A stretch of 63,201 nt of DNA, filler included, from Hyphochytrium catenoides (lineage: Eukaryota > Protista > Hyphochytriomycota), in assembly GCA_900088475.1 (NCBI GenBank). It is 7 parts of 7 records of this genome, joined end to end, with 100 filler letters (N's around TTAATTAATTAA, not from the genome) between each part and the next. Parts side by side here need not be neighbours in the genome. Positions count along the whole stretch, not along the records: positions 26,750 to 42,660 come from FLMG01000348.1; positions 42,761 to 44,838 come from FLMG01001096.1; positions 44,939 to 46,552 come from FLMG01002672.1; positions 46,653 to 59,409 come from FLMG01000378.1; 3 more parts are not named here. The stretch is one strand, 5' to 3'. This document shows positions 37,444 through 48,829 of this stretch, piece by piece. The notes below the pieces were generated by a model. That model made no database searches. It saw only the letters and a program-made list of their open reading frames with translations, and was not told the DNA's origin. The position numbers and the translations under genes were made by a program. The stretch's first letter is position 1. Every line of letters begins with the position of its first letter.

Positions 37444-39335
37444 ATGGCTCAGAATCCTACCCAGTACCATTCGGCCTCCCTCTACGTAGGCGATCTCGAG
37501 CCGGACGTAACGGAGGCCCTTCTCTTTGAGGTAAAGGCCATTGCGATGTTTCTCCCTTGTCCTTGTCCTTCTCTCTCTCTCTCTCTTTATGATTTCTAAC
37601 TGGCTTTCTCTCTCTCTCTCTCTCTCGCAATGATAAACAGATCTTCAACGCCGTCGGACCTGTAGCTTCCATCCGTGTCTGCCGTGACGCTGTCACCCGC
37701 CGCTCTCTGGGCTATGCCTACGTTAACTTCCATAACCTCGCTGATGCCGAGCGCGCTCTGGACACGATGAACTACACGGTCATCAAGAACCAGCCCTGCC
37801 GCATCATGTGGTCTCAGCGTGATCCTTCTCTGCGCAAGTCTGGCGTGGGGAACATCTTTGTGAAGAACCTTGACCCAAGCATTGACAACAAGGCTCTCTA
37901 TGACACTTTCTCCCTCTTCGGGAACATTCTCTCCTGCAAGGTAGCCGTGGATGCCAATGGTAACTCTAAGGGCTATGGCTATGTGCACTATGAGACCGCT
38001 GAGGCTGGTCAGGCTGCCATTGAGAAGATCGACGGCATGATGATCGCCGACAAGGAGGTGCAGGTCAGCTACTTCCAGCGCCGCCAGGAGAGAGGAGACT
38101 CATCTTCCTTCACCAACTGCTACGTCAAGAACGTACCTAAGGACTGGGATGATGAGCACTTCCGCAGCTTCTTCTCCAAGGTGGGAGAGGTCACTAGCGC
38201 GGTGATCATGAAGGACGAGAGTGGCGAGTCCAAGGGCTTTGGATTCGTTAACTTTGGTCAGCCAGAGGCTGCGAGGGACGCTGTTGAGCAGTTCAACGGC
38301 GCTAAGGTCCCACCCAAGGATGAGGGAGGAGAGGAAACGGAACTGTACGTGGGCAGGGCGCAGAGGAAAGCAGAGAGAGAGAGAGAGATGAGGCAGAAGT
38401 TTGAGCAGCTGAAGCTGGAGCGCATGAACAAGTATCAGGGCGTTAACCTCTACGTCAAAAACCTTGACGACACCGTTAATGATGACACGCTGCGCGAGCA
38501 CTTTGCTCCTTACGGCACCATCACCTCCTCTCGCATCATGAAGGACAACAACGGTGGCAGCAGGGGCTTTGGCTTTGTCTGCTACTCTGCTCCCGAGGAG
38601 GCCACTAAGGCTGTCAGCGAGATGAATGGCAAGCTTATCAACGGCAAGCCCATCTACGTGGCTCTGGCTCAGCGAAAGGAGGTCCGTCGGGCACAGTTGG
38701 AGGCCCAGCATGCTCAGCAGAGAGCTGTAGGCATCCCCGGCCGCATGCCAATGACCCAGCCCATGTATGGCGCTGCGCCTATGTTCTACGCTGCCCAGCC
38801 TCTTGGACAGATGCCTCCTCAGGCTCGCCAGGGCTTTGTCTACCCTCAGCAGATGCTCCACCGCGTCCCTCGCGGTCCTATGCCTTACCCTCGCGGCCCT
38901 GCCGGCTATCAGATGCCTGCTTACGCGCTAGGACCTCAGCAGCAGCCACGCCAGCCACGCCGCCATCAGCGCCAGAACTTCAAGTACACCTCCAATGCTA
39001 GGAACCAACCGCCACACAGAGAGCAGCAGCCTGCCGCTGCTGTTCCACAGCGGGGACCCATGGTTGGCGGCATGCCTGGCCACCTCGAGCCTCTGACCCT
39101 CTCTGTCCTCGCTGCTGCATCTCCCGAGCACCAGAAGAACATGATTGGCGAGCGTCTCTATCCTCTGATCCACCAGGTCCAGCCAGAGCAGGCAGGAAAG
39201 ATCACGGGAATGCTTTTGGAGATGGACAACAGTGAGCTGCTGGGGCTGCTGGAGAGCCCTGAGGAGCTTGACGCCAAGATCAAGGAGGCGATCAGAGTGC
39301 TGGAGACGCACTTGGCAGAGGCGCAGAGGACTTAG
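37444..39335 (+). CDS. PABP: Cytoplasmic poly(A)-binding protein (4 RRM + MLLE)
   Basis: Exon 1 37444-37530 (ASLYVGDLEPDVTEALLFE), exon 2 37641-39335. RIMWSQRDPSLRKSGVGNIF, YQGVNLYVKNL, QKNMIGERLYPLI...KITGMLLEMDN. Confidence 0.98.
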
Positions 39336-39852
39336 ACAAAGTCTGACGCGCCATAGAGAGGCTTGAGACGCTTTGTTGGCTGGGACAAAGGGATTGCTGA
39401 TGGTGCACACTTCTCTCTTCCTCTCTCTCCTATCGTTCATTTCCTTCTACTTTCTCTCTCTTCCCATCTTTTCGCCTTCTCTCCCTTCGCCCTCTCCTTC
39501 TTTTACAGGGAGGAAGAGATAGGGCTTAGCTTAGATGTAGTTTCTTGGCAATTGCTATATCCATGTGACCCCTCCGGAGAGGGGTATAAGAAGAGGAGAC
39601 GGAGAGAGAGAAAGGCCAGGGAATGAGAGAGAGAGAGAGAGAGAATGGAAGGTGGAGGCGGAGGAAGTAGGAAGAGAGGTGCCATTGGCGTTACGATGTC
39701 CTTGCTTGCATTGTGTCGGGAAAAGCCTAAACTCAATAATATCATGCCCTCAAAAACAGACGGAGAAGATGTCCTTATCATTCGCAATGTACTGGGCCTC
39801 TCTCTTTCTCTCTCTGTCTTCGTCTCTCTCTCTCTCTTTGTGTCTGCTATAC

Positions 39853-40418
39853 TCAGACTCGTGATGGACCTATTGCGTCTATTTTGATCACGTCAGGAGA
39901 GAGAGAAGGGGAAGCTGGCGAGGGTAATGAGTTTCTTTTTCTGCTGGTGGGAGGCGGCGGAGAGGTCTGGTGGAGGTGTTCTTCTAAGTGCTGAGTGCTC
40001 TCTGTCCGCCCTCGACCTTGGTCAGTCCGTAGGAAGTCCTGCATCCGGTCGCACTGTGCGTCAAGCCATGAGAGAGAGAGAAAGGGGAAGGAAGAGAGAG
40101 ATAATGAGAAAGGGGAAGGAAGAGAGAGAGAGAGAGAGAAAGGGGAAAGGAAGGAAGAGAGAGAGAGAGAAAGGGGAAGAAAGGAAGAGAGAGAGAGAAA
40201 GGGAAAGGAAAAGAGAGAGAGAGAGGGGAAGGAAGAGAGAAAGAGAAAATGGGGAAGGAAGAGAGAGAGAGAAAGAAGAAGGAAGAGAGAGAGAGAGAAA
40301 GTCCAACGGAGGATAGGATGCAGGTTAGACCATCGAGAAGATAAGAAAGAACAGGGGAAGACTGGTAGAGAAAAAATAAATGACGAGAGAGGAGAAAGAC
40401 TGCCGAAGTCTATTANNN

Positions 40419-40451
<33 letters not shown>

Positions 40452-40796
40452 GTCTGTCTGTCTCCCGCTTGTCTTTTTCGTTCCATCAGGTACCTGGGTG
40501 ATATCTCTGTGGATTTCTTTGAACAGGCGAAGCATGCAGAGGAGGAGCAGGAGCTGGCCAGCGTTGGAGGTGATAGGGAAGACGCTCTGGGTCCAGAAAG
40601 TGCCGGTAGAAGATAGAGAGATGTTATGTGTGAGGGAGAGACAAAGAGAAAAACTGCGCGAGAGAGAAAGAGAGAGAACTGTGCTCGATCTCTCCCCTTA
40701 GGCCAGTCTCCGTGCAACCATCTCTAACTGAGCTACGTCTTTCTCTCTCATACTCTCTCTCTCTCTCCTCTTTACCCGCCCATCTTACTGGTCTAG

Positions 40797-40850
<54 letters not shown>

Positions 40851-42383
40851 CTTTCCTCTCACACGTCTCACCTTAGGCATGGCATACCCTATACAGAGCC
40901 CCGCGGTGCCGACTGTCATCCACATCCAGGGGTTGAAAGAGGTGGCGTGCACCGTGAAAGAGTAGAAGGTCCCATAGATCCACATCTGTACGCTCAGATA
41001 GAGAGAGAAGAGAAGCAAGAGAGAGACAGGGNNNNNNNNNNNNNNNNNNNNNNNNNNNNNNNNNNNNNNNNNNNNNNNNNNGAGAGAGAGAGAAAGGAAG
41101 CCGGGGAGAGGAGAGACAGAGAGAGGAGACACACGGAGAGAGAAAGACCGTGAGAGAGTGGGCGATAGAGCGAAAGCGGGAGAGAGGAAAGAAGGAACAA
41201 AGACAGTAAGAGAGCTAAATGTGAAACGAGAAAACAGGCTATTGAGATAAACAGGTCAAGGGAGAGGGAGAAAAAGAGAGAGAGAAGACCGTGAGAGAGA
41301 AAGACAGACAGGCAAGGACAGACGGGGAGAGAGGGAGAGAGAGAGAGAGAAACAGACAGACAGAGAGAGGGACGATAAGAAAGGGAGAGAGTGATAGAGA
41401 GCGATAAAGAGGCATCGCATAACGAGTGATAGAGAAAGAAGGGGAATATAAGGGATCGGAAAGGTGGCGGATAGAGAGACATGTGTGCGGGACCAGAGAG
41501 AGAGAGAGAGAGACAGAGAGAGAGAGAGAGAAATATGAGAGTGGAAAGAGAAAGAGAAGAATCCGCGTTCGTCTGACCCTTCATGCAGTACTTGAGGCTC
41601 TTGGGCTTCCAGAAGAGAGAAATTCACCTAAACGAAGGAGAGACTCAGCAGGAGAGCAACTCCAATTGGAAAGGAGCAAAGAGACAGAGAGAGAGGGACA
41701 CCAGAGAAAAGAAACAAATAAGGATGGACGAGAGAGAAGAGAGAAGGTGCTTGACGTGGACCCTTGGCAGTAGAGAAAGAGAGCATAAGGACAATGGGAA
41801 ACGGAGAGAGGATAGAGAGAGCTCCGATGGAAAGCTTTGGAAGAAGGAAGTAACAAAAGAAGAGAGGGGGTTATGACACGGGAGAGAAGGTCATCGAGAG
41901 AGAGACAGAGAGGCAGCGAGAAGAGAGACAGAGACAGTGAGAGACAGAGAGAGAGAGACTACGATAGAGAGAGAAGATGTCAGAGAGAGAAGATTAGATA
42001 GAGAGAAAAGAGGTAAGAAGCGAGAAAGAGAGAAGAGGAGGAAGAAGGTCCGGACAACTCGAGAGAGAAGTAAGGAAAAGTTATGAAAAATAGAGAAGGA
42101 GAGAGAGAGAGAGATCGCCTCTTACGACGACTCCAATGACCAGCAGGCCCCCGGACAATATCCAGACCAAGGTGCGGATGGCAATAGAAGTGCGAACGTT
42201 CTCTGGGCTCGGATCATGATGGCGCTCCTGAAATATAGAGAGAGAGCAAGTCGGAGGAAAGGGTGAGGACCAGGGGTAGAGAGAGAGACAGAGATGTGTA
42301 GAGAGCGTCGTAAAGAGACTTGAACGTACTGCAAGAGAGGACGACACAGTGAAGAGAGGACGACACAGTGAGGAGATACGGAG

Positions 42384-42435
<52 letters not shown>

Positions 42436-42581
42436 TGGGAGAGAGAGACATCAGCAGACAAAGACAGGGAGAGAGACTGGCTTTACATCGAAGCTGATCC
42501 CGCAAAAGTTTACGCTCCTTCGCTTGTGCACAAGTAGCGCGAGCTCGAAGCCGGTGACAATGAAGAGAGGGACAATGCAAG
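39853..42581 (-). CDS. Multi-exon multi-pass membrane protein of unknown function, 5' end lost at linker
   Basis: Non-repetitive GT-AG-bounded exons give CIVPLFIVTGFELALLVHKRRSVNFCGISFD / ...RTLVWILSGGLLVIGVV / MWIYGTFYSFTVHATSFNPWMWMTVGTAGLCIGYAMPK / SVFPITSNAGQLLLLLCMLRLFKEI. The middle and last exons are uncertain. Confidence 0.55.
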
Positions 42582-42626
42582 CTACGGGAGAAAGTTTGAG
42601 ACGCGTGAGAGAGAGAAAGACAAAGG

Positions 42627-42660
<34 letters not shown>

Positions 42661-44298
42661 NNNNNNNNNNNNNNNNNNNNNNNNNNNNNNNNNNNNNNNN
42701 NNNNTTAATTAATTAANNNNNNNNNNNNNNNNNNNNNNNNNNNNNNNNNNNNNNNNNNNNAAGAAGAAGAAGAGAGGAAAGAGATAGACAACAACAAAAG
42801 AAGAGGAGGGAAAAAGACAAAAGCGGAGGACACTGTCTTTCTCTCCCCTTTCTCTCCTTCATCGCCAGTGTATCACCAGGAAGAAGACAGCAAAAACGAG
42901 AGAGGGAAGGACAACCACGCAGCTCTCTCTCTCTCTTCTGCTTCTCTCTCCTCTTCTCTTCCTGTCCTATCTTCTCCAGAAGAGAGAAGAGAAAGAAGAA
43001 GAGAGAGAGAAGATCCTCAACGGACCTTCTCTCTCCCTCGTTCTCCGCGTCGTCCTCTGTTCCTTACGGTGCAGCATCCGGGAGGAGGAGAGAGAGGAGA
43101 GAAAGAGCTTCTCTCTCCTTGGAAAGAAGACGAGGAAGAAGAAGAAGTCAAAGTGATTTGGCCCCGTCCAGCTTCTCTCTCTCGGAAAACAGAGAGAGAG
43201 AAAGAGAGAAGAGGAGAGAAACAACATAAAGACGCACCTTCTCTCTCCTCTTTTTCTCTCTCTCTTCTCCCCGTCGCTGCTGGTGAGTCTCTCTCTCCTC
43301 CTTCAGCTGCAAAAGAAGGAGAGAGAGAAGTGCAGAAGAAGAAGAAGAGCTTCCTGGTCGAGAAGGAAGAAGAAGAACCTCAGCGGAGCGAGAAGAGGAA
43401 AGGAAAGAGAAGAGAGAGACTTCCTCTCTCTGCTCTTCGACAACAAGAACATGGTTCTCTCTCTCTCTCTCTTAGACTTCAGACAGTGGCGGGCGGCCCT
43501 CGAGGCAGTAATAACAGCAGTAGAAGCAGCGGCGCCAGCAGCACGAAGTATAGCACCTTGGCCGCCTAGAGAGAGAGAGAGAGAGACAGAGAGAGAGAAA
43601 CTCTATTCTCCACCTGCCTAATCTCTCTCTTTCTCTCCCCCTCCCACCTGGTGATTTGGTTGCTTCTCGTCCTTTCCCTCCATCAGGGACTCTCTCTCTC
43701 TCTCTCTCTCTCCCCCTTTGTTTTCCTGTCACTCTCTCTCTCTCTTGAAACTCTTTTTTTTCTTGCTAAGAAAGCCATAAAATAGAACTCCAATATCCCC
43801 AGCTTCCTGCGGTCACTCCTCTTTCTTTCTTTCTCTCCCTCTCTCTCTCTCTCCCTTTCCCCACATTCTCTCTCTCGCTCACCTGAAGTACTGTCTTCTC
43901 TCTCTCTCTCTCTCTCCTCTTTTCTTCATCTGCCTCTTCTCCTTAGCCTCAATCTCGTCTGACGTTTCATTTACTATCTGCTTTCTGCTCTCCCCTAGTC
44001 TCCTCTCTCTCTCTCTCTCTCTCTCTCCCTCTTCTCTTAGTCTTTCTCTTCCTCTTCCCCGTAGCATAGGAACATTATCATATAAATAAGTTCACAAGGG
44101 GGAAAAAAGAGAGAGAGAGAAGAAGAGAGATAGCTATAAAGAGAGAGAGAGAAGGGTGAGGAATGAGACAAACTCTTGAGTTAAATAGAGGAGAGATAGG
44201 CACACAGAAAGAGTAAACATTCAGGGAACAACCTGGGAGAGAATGACTCACATCAAGGAGACGGGAGAGAGAGAGAGATAGAAAGAGAGAGGTGGTAT

Positions 44299-44329
<31 letters not shown>

Positions 44330-44938
44330 ACATGGAATGCTTTGGGGAACTCCTTATGTGTTACTCTGTGTAGGAGACGAAGAAGAGAAGAGACCGTCTC
44401 TCTTTTCTCTGTCTCTGAGGGAGCTAACAGACAGAAGATACACGGAGATAAAGGGGAGAAAGAGAAAAAAGAAGCTAATCGGGGAAGTTATAGAGAAAGA
44501 AAAGAGAGAGAGGGGTTAGGACTAGTTAGAGACAAAAGAGACATAAATAAGGGAGAGAGAGAGCGCAGATGGGAAGAAGAGAGAAGCCAAAAGGAACAGA
44601 GAGACAGAGACTTTCCAGCAGGCTTTTGCCGGCGGCGGAGAGAGAGAGAAAAAGGTAAGAGAGGGAGACACCTTCGCATAGATTTTCCTGGCCCGCGGTG
44701 GAGAGAGAGAGAGATAGACCGAGAGAGACGCAGGGGAAAGAGCGAGAGAGAGAGAAAGAGAGGGACGCTTTTCTCATGGATGATTCTTGGCATTGGTTTT
44801 CTTGGCCCACATCACAGAGAGAGAGAGAGAGAGAGAGANNNNNNNNNNNNNNNNNNNNNNNNNNNNNNNNNNNNNNNNNNNNTTAATTAATTAANNNNNN
44901 NNNNNNNNNNNNNNNNNNNNNNNNNNNNNNNNNNNNNN

Positions 44939-45225
44939 TAGAGCTTACAGAGTTGTCTAGATCTGGGGAGTGTTGAACTGTGATCGACGCTGAAACCAAA
45001 AAGTGTACAGCGGACGACGCAGAGGGGAAAATCCCTGGTATATAAGCAAAAACGGGGATTAGTCAAGAGTACGTTTGGTGTATGGTACATACTGGTTAGG
45101 GTGTCGGCATCAAAGACAGAGGTCCTGGGTTCAAATCCCGGAGCGTACAAAACTTTTCTCCGGTATATCCAGATACCCCCCAATATTAATTCAAAGTGCT
45201 CACCATCCAATGATAAAATCTAACA
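44939..45225 (+). mobile_element. TRIM copy 1: end of internal region, PPT and complete 255-bp 3' LTR
   Basis: GGGGAG immediately precedes TGTTGA (44971); LTR ends CTAACA (45225); homologous in inverted orientation to 45477-45748. Confidence 0.85.
45069..45149 (+). ncRNA. tRNA-like (Pro-AGG-like) Pol III module inside the TRIM LTR
   Basis: Acceptor stem GTACGTT/AGCGTAC plus discriminator A; A-box-like TGGTGTATGGT; TTAGGGT loop; T arm CTGGG-TTCAAAT-CCCGG; TTTT at 45154-45157; TATATAA about 30 nt upstream. Confidence 0.7.
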
Positions 45226-45476
45226 TGCTGGATTCGCTCAACCAGGACAGGAACATCTGGTTTGTAAGCTGAAGCGCAGCATCTATGGGCTCAAACAAAG
45301 TCCTCGCCAATGGAACAAAGTATTAGAAAGTTATCTTCGCGACAACGCATTCGAACCCAGCTTGTGTGAACCTTGCGTCTACATCAACAGGTCCGGGGAG
45401 GATAGCAAGCCGACTATCGTGTCGACTTTTGTAGACGACCTGCTGATCTCCGCGCCCAGCAACAATCGTGCGGATC
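45226..45476 (+). mobile_element. Ty1/Copia reverse transcriptase fragment (insertion target of the TRIMs)
   Basis: AGFAQPGQEHLVCKLKRSIYGLKQSPRQWN...EPCVY...STFVDDLLI. Confidence 0.92.
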
Positions 45477-46015
45477 TGTTAGATTTTATCTTTTGATGGT
45501 GAGCACTTTGAATCAATATTGGGGGGTGTCTGGATATATCGGAGAAAGGTTTTGTACGCTCCGGGATTTGAATGATGCCGACACCCTAACCAGTATGCAC
45601 CATAGACCAAACGTACTCTTGACTAAAATCCGTTTTTCTTTATATACCAGGGTTTTCCCCTCGGCGTCGTCCGCTGTACACTTTTTTTGGTTTCAGTGTC
45701 AATCACAGTTCAACACTCCCCCGGGAATCTAGAGAACTCTGTAAGCTCTGGATTCAAATGGAACTGTGATGGTCATTCGTGGTCACAGAACCGAATGGCT
45801 CACTATATTGCCCGAGTTAAATCGCTCGGAGCGTACACCATGTTAGATTTTATCATTGGATGGTGAGCACTTTGAATTAATATTGGGGGGTGTCTGGATA
45901 TACCGGAGAAAAGTTTTGTACGCTCCGGGATTATATGAACCCAGGACCTCCTCTGTCTTCGATGCCGACACCCTAACCAGTATGCACCATACACCAAACG
46001 TACACTTGACTAATC
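45477..46015 (-). mobile_element. TRIM copy 2: truncated 5' LTR (46015-45841), PBS, 125-bp internal region, PPT, 3' LTR (45715-45477)
   Basis: Two direct LTR copies ending CTAACA; PBS TGGTGTACGCTCCG abuts the 5' LTR; GGGGGAG abuts TGTTGA of the 3' LTR; no coding capacity. Confidence 0.85.
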
Positions 46016-46170
46016 TGATGAAGTTTACAGAGCTGGGTGGCAATGCCTGAAGCTTCTGTATGAGCACAATCTAGATGCAATGATAACAAAGGGACTTGGT
46101 ATTGATGTGTGATGGAGATTTCTCTGAATGATCTCAGTCCTGAGAGCCTGGTCTGGACTCGAGATCTTTT

Positions 46171-46552
46171 TGTTGGGCCCAGCTTCCCTCATCATCTCTC
46201 TCTCCTCTGCTGTTCCTGTGTTCTTCTGGAAATTCTTCTCACATCCCTCTTTCCCATAACACAGGTCTACCCGTAACGTCTATGTCCCTGAGAGCTAGCT
46301 GTGTATAGAGAGTGACTACTGTACTACTGACAACCAACATAGTAGCACTCAACACTCCCCCTCATACCTAGCTTCTCTGGATCATCAGTGGTGAGGGTCG
46401 AATTAACTCACCTAATTGTAGCTCTCACTCACTCTCTCCCCCTCAGACGAAGCTAGGTGGGTAGTAGTAGTGGCAAGAGTACTGACACTAGGAAGGAGCA
46501 CTAACTCCAAGGTGAGGACGCAGTGTCCGAAAGAGAGGAGCAGGTAAAGGCT
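46171..46552 (-). mobile_element. 3' end of a different Copia element: RNase H C-terminus, PPT and ~184-bp LTR
   Basis: PLPAPLFRTLRPHLGVSAPS* (cf. TKPL....F..LR..LGV); GAGGGGGAG precedes TGTTG at 46354; matching CAACA end at 46171. Confidence 0.7.
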
Positions 46553-47220
46553 NNNNNNNNNNNNNNNNNNNNNNNNNNNNNNNNNNNNNNNNNNNNTTAA
46601 TTAATTAANNNNNNNNNNNNNNNNNNNNNNNNNNNNNNNNNNNNNNNNNNNNTCTTCTTTCTCTCTTTCTCGCTTGGTTCAACCTTCCAATCCTGCATCC
46701 TCGCCCCAATTTCGCTATAAATCTAGTAGACTGCATTTCTTTTGTCTCTCTCTTTAGTCATGTTTATCAAATAATAAAGAAACATTCGTGATCATTGATG
46801 GCTAGCAGCAGGTGGAGCGTGCGAAGATAGATGAGGAGCGAGAGAGTGAGAGAAAAAAGAGAGAGAGAGAGAGAGTGTGCGTGAAAGAGAGAGGAAGAGA
46901 GAGGAAGAAGAGAAGAGAGAGTGGCCAAATTCTATACTCGTTGGCACTCTGGAAGGCCTTAAAAAAAACTGCTGGCATTACTTTGCGGAGGGAGACACTG
47001 CTGATCTTTGTGTTGGAGAGTCCAGAACTCTGTAGCTTCGTCATTTTTGCTTTCCCTTTTTTCTGGCTCTTTTTCTTCTTCTCCTTCTTCTTCTTCTTCT
47101 TCATCTTCTTCCCTTTCTTTTGCTCTTTTTTTCTTCTTCGTCTTCTTCTACTTCTTCTTAGTTAAAAGTATCTTATAGTGGTAGTAGCTGTCACCTCTAT
47201 AAAAAGAAGAAATGCAGTTT

Positions 47221-47255
<35 letters not shown>

Positions 47256-47881
47256 GTGGTCTCTCTCTCTTCCCTTCCTTCTGAGGGACACAAGTAAAAA
47301 AGAAACAAGGAGGAAAGAGAGAAGAGATGAACGAAGATGAAGCTTTTGAGTTGATGAGAAAGAGGGGAAGAAAGACCGAAGTGAGAGAGAAAGAAAGGAA
47401 GAAAGAGAGAGCAGAAGAAAATAAAGACATCATAAAAAAGCGATATGGAGAGGAGGAGAGAGATATTATGTGGGGAAGGAAGAGTGATGCACGTCTATCG
47501 TAACAATGGCTGTCTGAAAGCCCTTACATCATCCTTTATAATAATCAAGAAGAGAGAGAGTGATTGACCGGAGAGGGAAAAAGAGAGAGAGAGAGAGAGA
47601 GACGAGTGCACTGAAAGATGACGAGAAGAGAGAAAAGGCAGCCATGCCTCTGATGGTTGTTTGTTTCTTGGCTACTTCGGGCACTGCCCTAATTGTCAAT
47701 TACAGTCCAATCCTGTATTTTTGTCAGTAATGATCCAAAATACATCAGATTTGACTTTTGACAAAAAAATTTCTTTTTAGGCTAACTGATTGTCAAATAT
47801 AGTGCTACATTGTGAACTATAAAGATAGGCTTGTCAATTTACCTTAGAAGTCACCATCTTCTGCACTCAGCTGCTCATAAA

Positions 47882-47956
<75 letters not shown>

Positions 47957-48829
47957 GAGAGAGGAGAGAGGTGACAGAGGGAGAAATCTAGTCTGTCCTC
48001 CTTGTAGTTCTATATCATCTGCGTTCTTCCGTTTCAGTCTCTTTTGTTGTTGTCTCTTCTCCCTGCTGCTGGCTTCGCACTCGCATTTTCTGTTCGTTCT
48101 CTGACTCCTCCCTCTTCTCTGTTGTTCTCCTCTTCTCGCTATAACTCTCTTTTCTGTCTCTCTCTCTCTCCCGCCGTTCTCTTGTCTCTCACTTTTCTCT
48201 CACTTCCTCTGTCTCTCTCTCTCTTTCCTTTACTTGTAGCAAGCTGCCAGCAGACAGTCGACATTTTTGCTGAACAGCAAAAAGAATAAAGAAGAGAAAT
48301 GCGGGGTGCAGTAGGGGTTCATCTATTAGAGAGAGAGAGGGGGAGAGAAAGAGAGAAAAAGAGAGAGAAGAGAGAGGGAAAAGAGAGAGGGAGAGACAGA
48401 TAGATAAGAGACCGCATGGAGAGAGAGGAAAGAAACCAAGAGCATCAGCGCCGCGCATTCTTCGAATTTGCTGGAGAGAAGGATGGAGATCACCAGTAGT
48501 CAGAAGAAGAGAATCTTCAGAAGAGACAAGAGATATTTTCTCTCCTAAAAAGGAGGAAACACTGGAAAGAAGAAAGTAGGCAATTAGAGGGGCAAGTGAG
48601 GTAGAGAAACTCAGGGAGAGGAGAGGGGAGAGAGAGGGAGAGACGAGAAAGAGAGAGAGACGGAGAAAGAGAGTGAAGCTATAGGCAGAGACAGACAGAG
48701 AGAGAGAGAAGCCATAGAGAAAGAGAGAAGGAGAGAATGGAGAGACTGATAAGGGGGAGGAGTAGTATACAATAGAGAGAGAGAGAGCCATAGATAGGGA
48801 GATAGGAAGAAATAAGAGAGAACGAAGTG

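Noticed and set aside
38100-39440. Antisense ORFs over PABP (also over the 1172-aa and bZIP-like genes)
   Set aside because: Shadow frames caused by codon bias of the real gene.
41620-41630. In-frame TGA before ISLFWKPK as a possible Sec codon
   Set aside because: The phase-0 reading VNFSLL continues the upstream exon without a stop; no SECIS evidence.
42868-43569. 233-aa ORF
   Set aside because: Low complexity, GTG start, at a contig edge; may be a gene tail but cannot be supported.
44887-46067. Small repeated ORFs MDGEHFELILGG... / MVYG.YWLGCRH...
   Set aside because: Incidental translations of the LTR copies.
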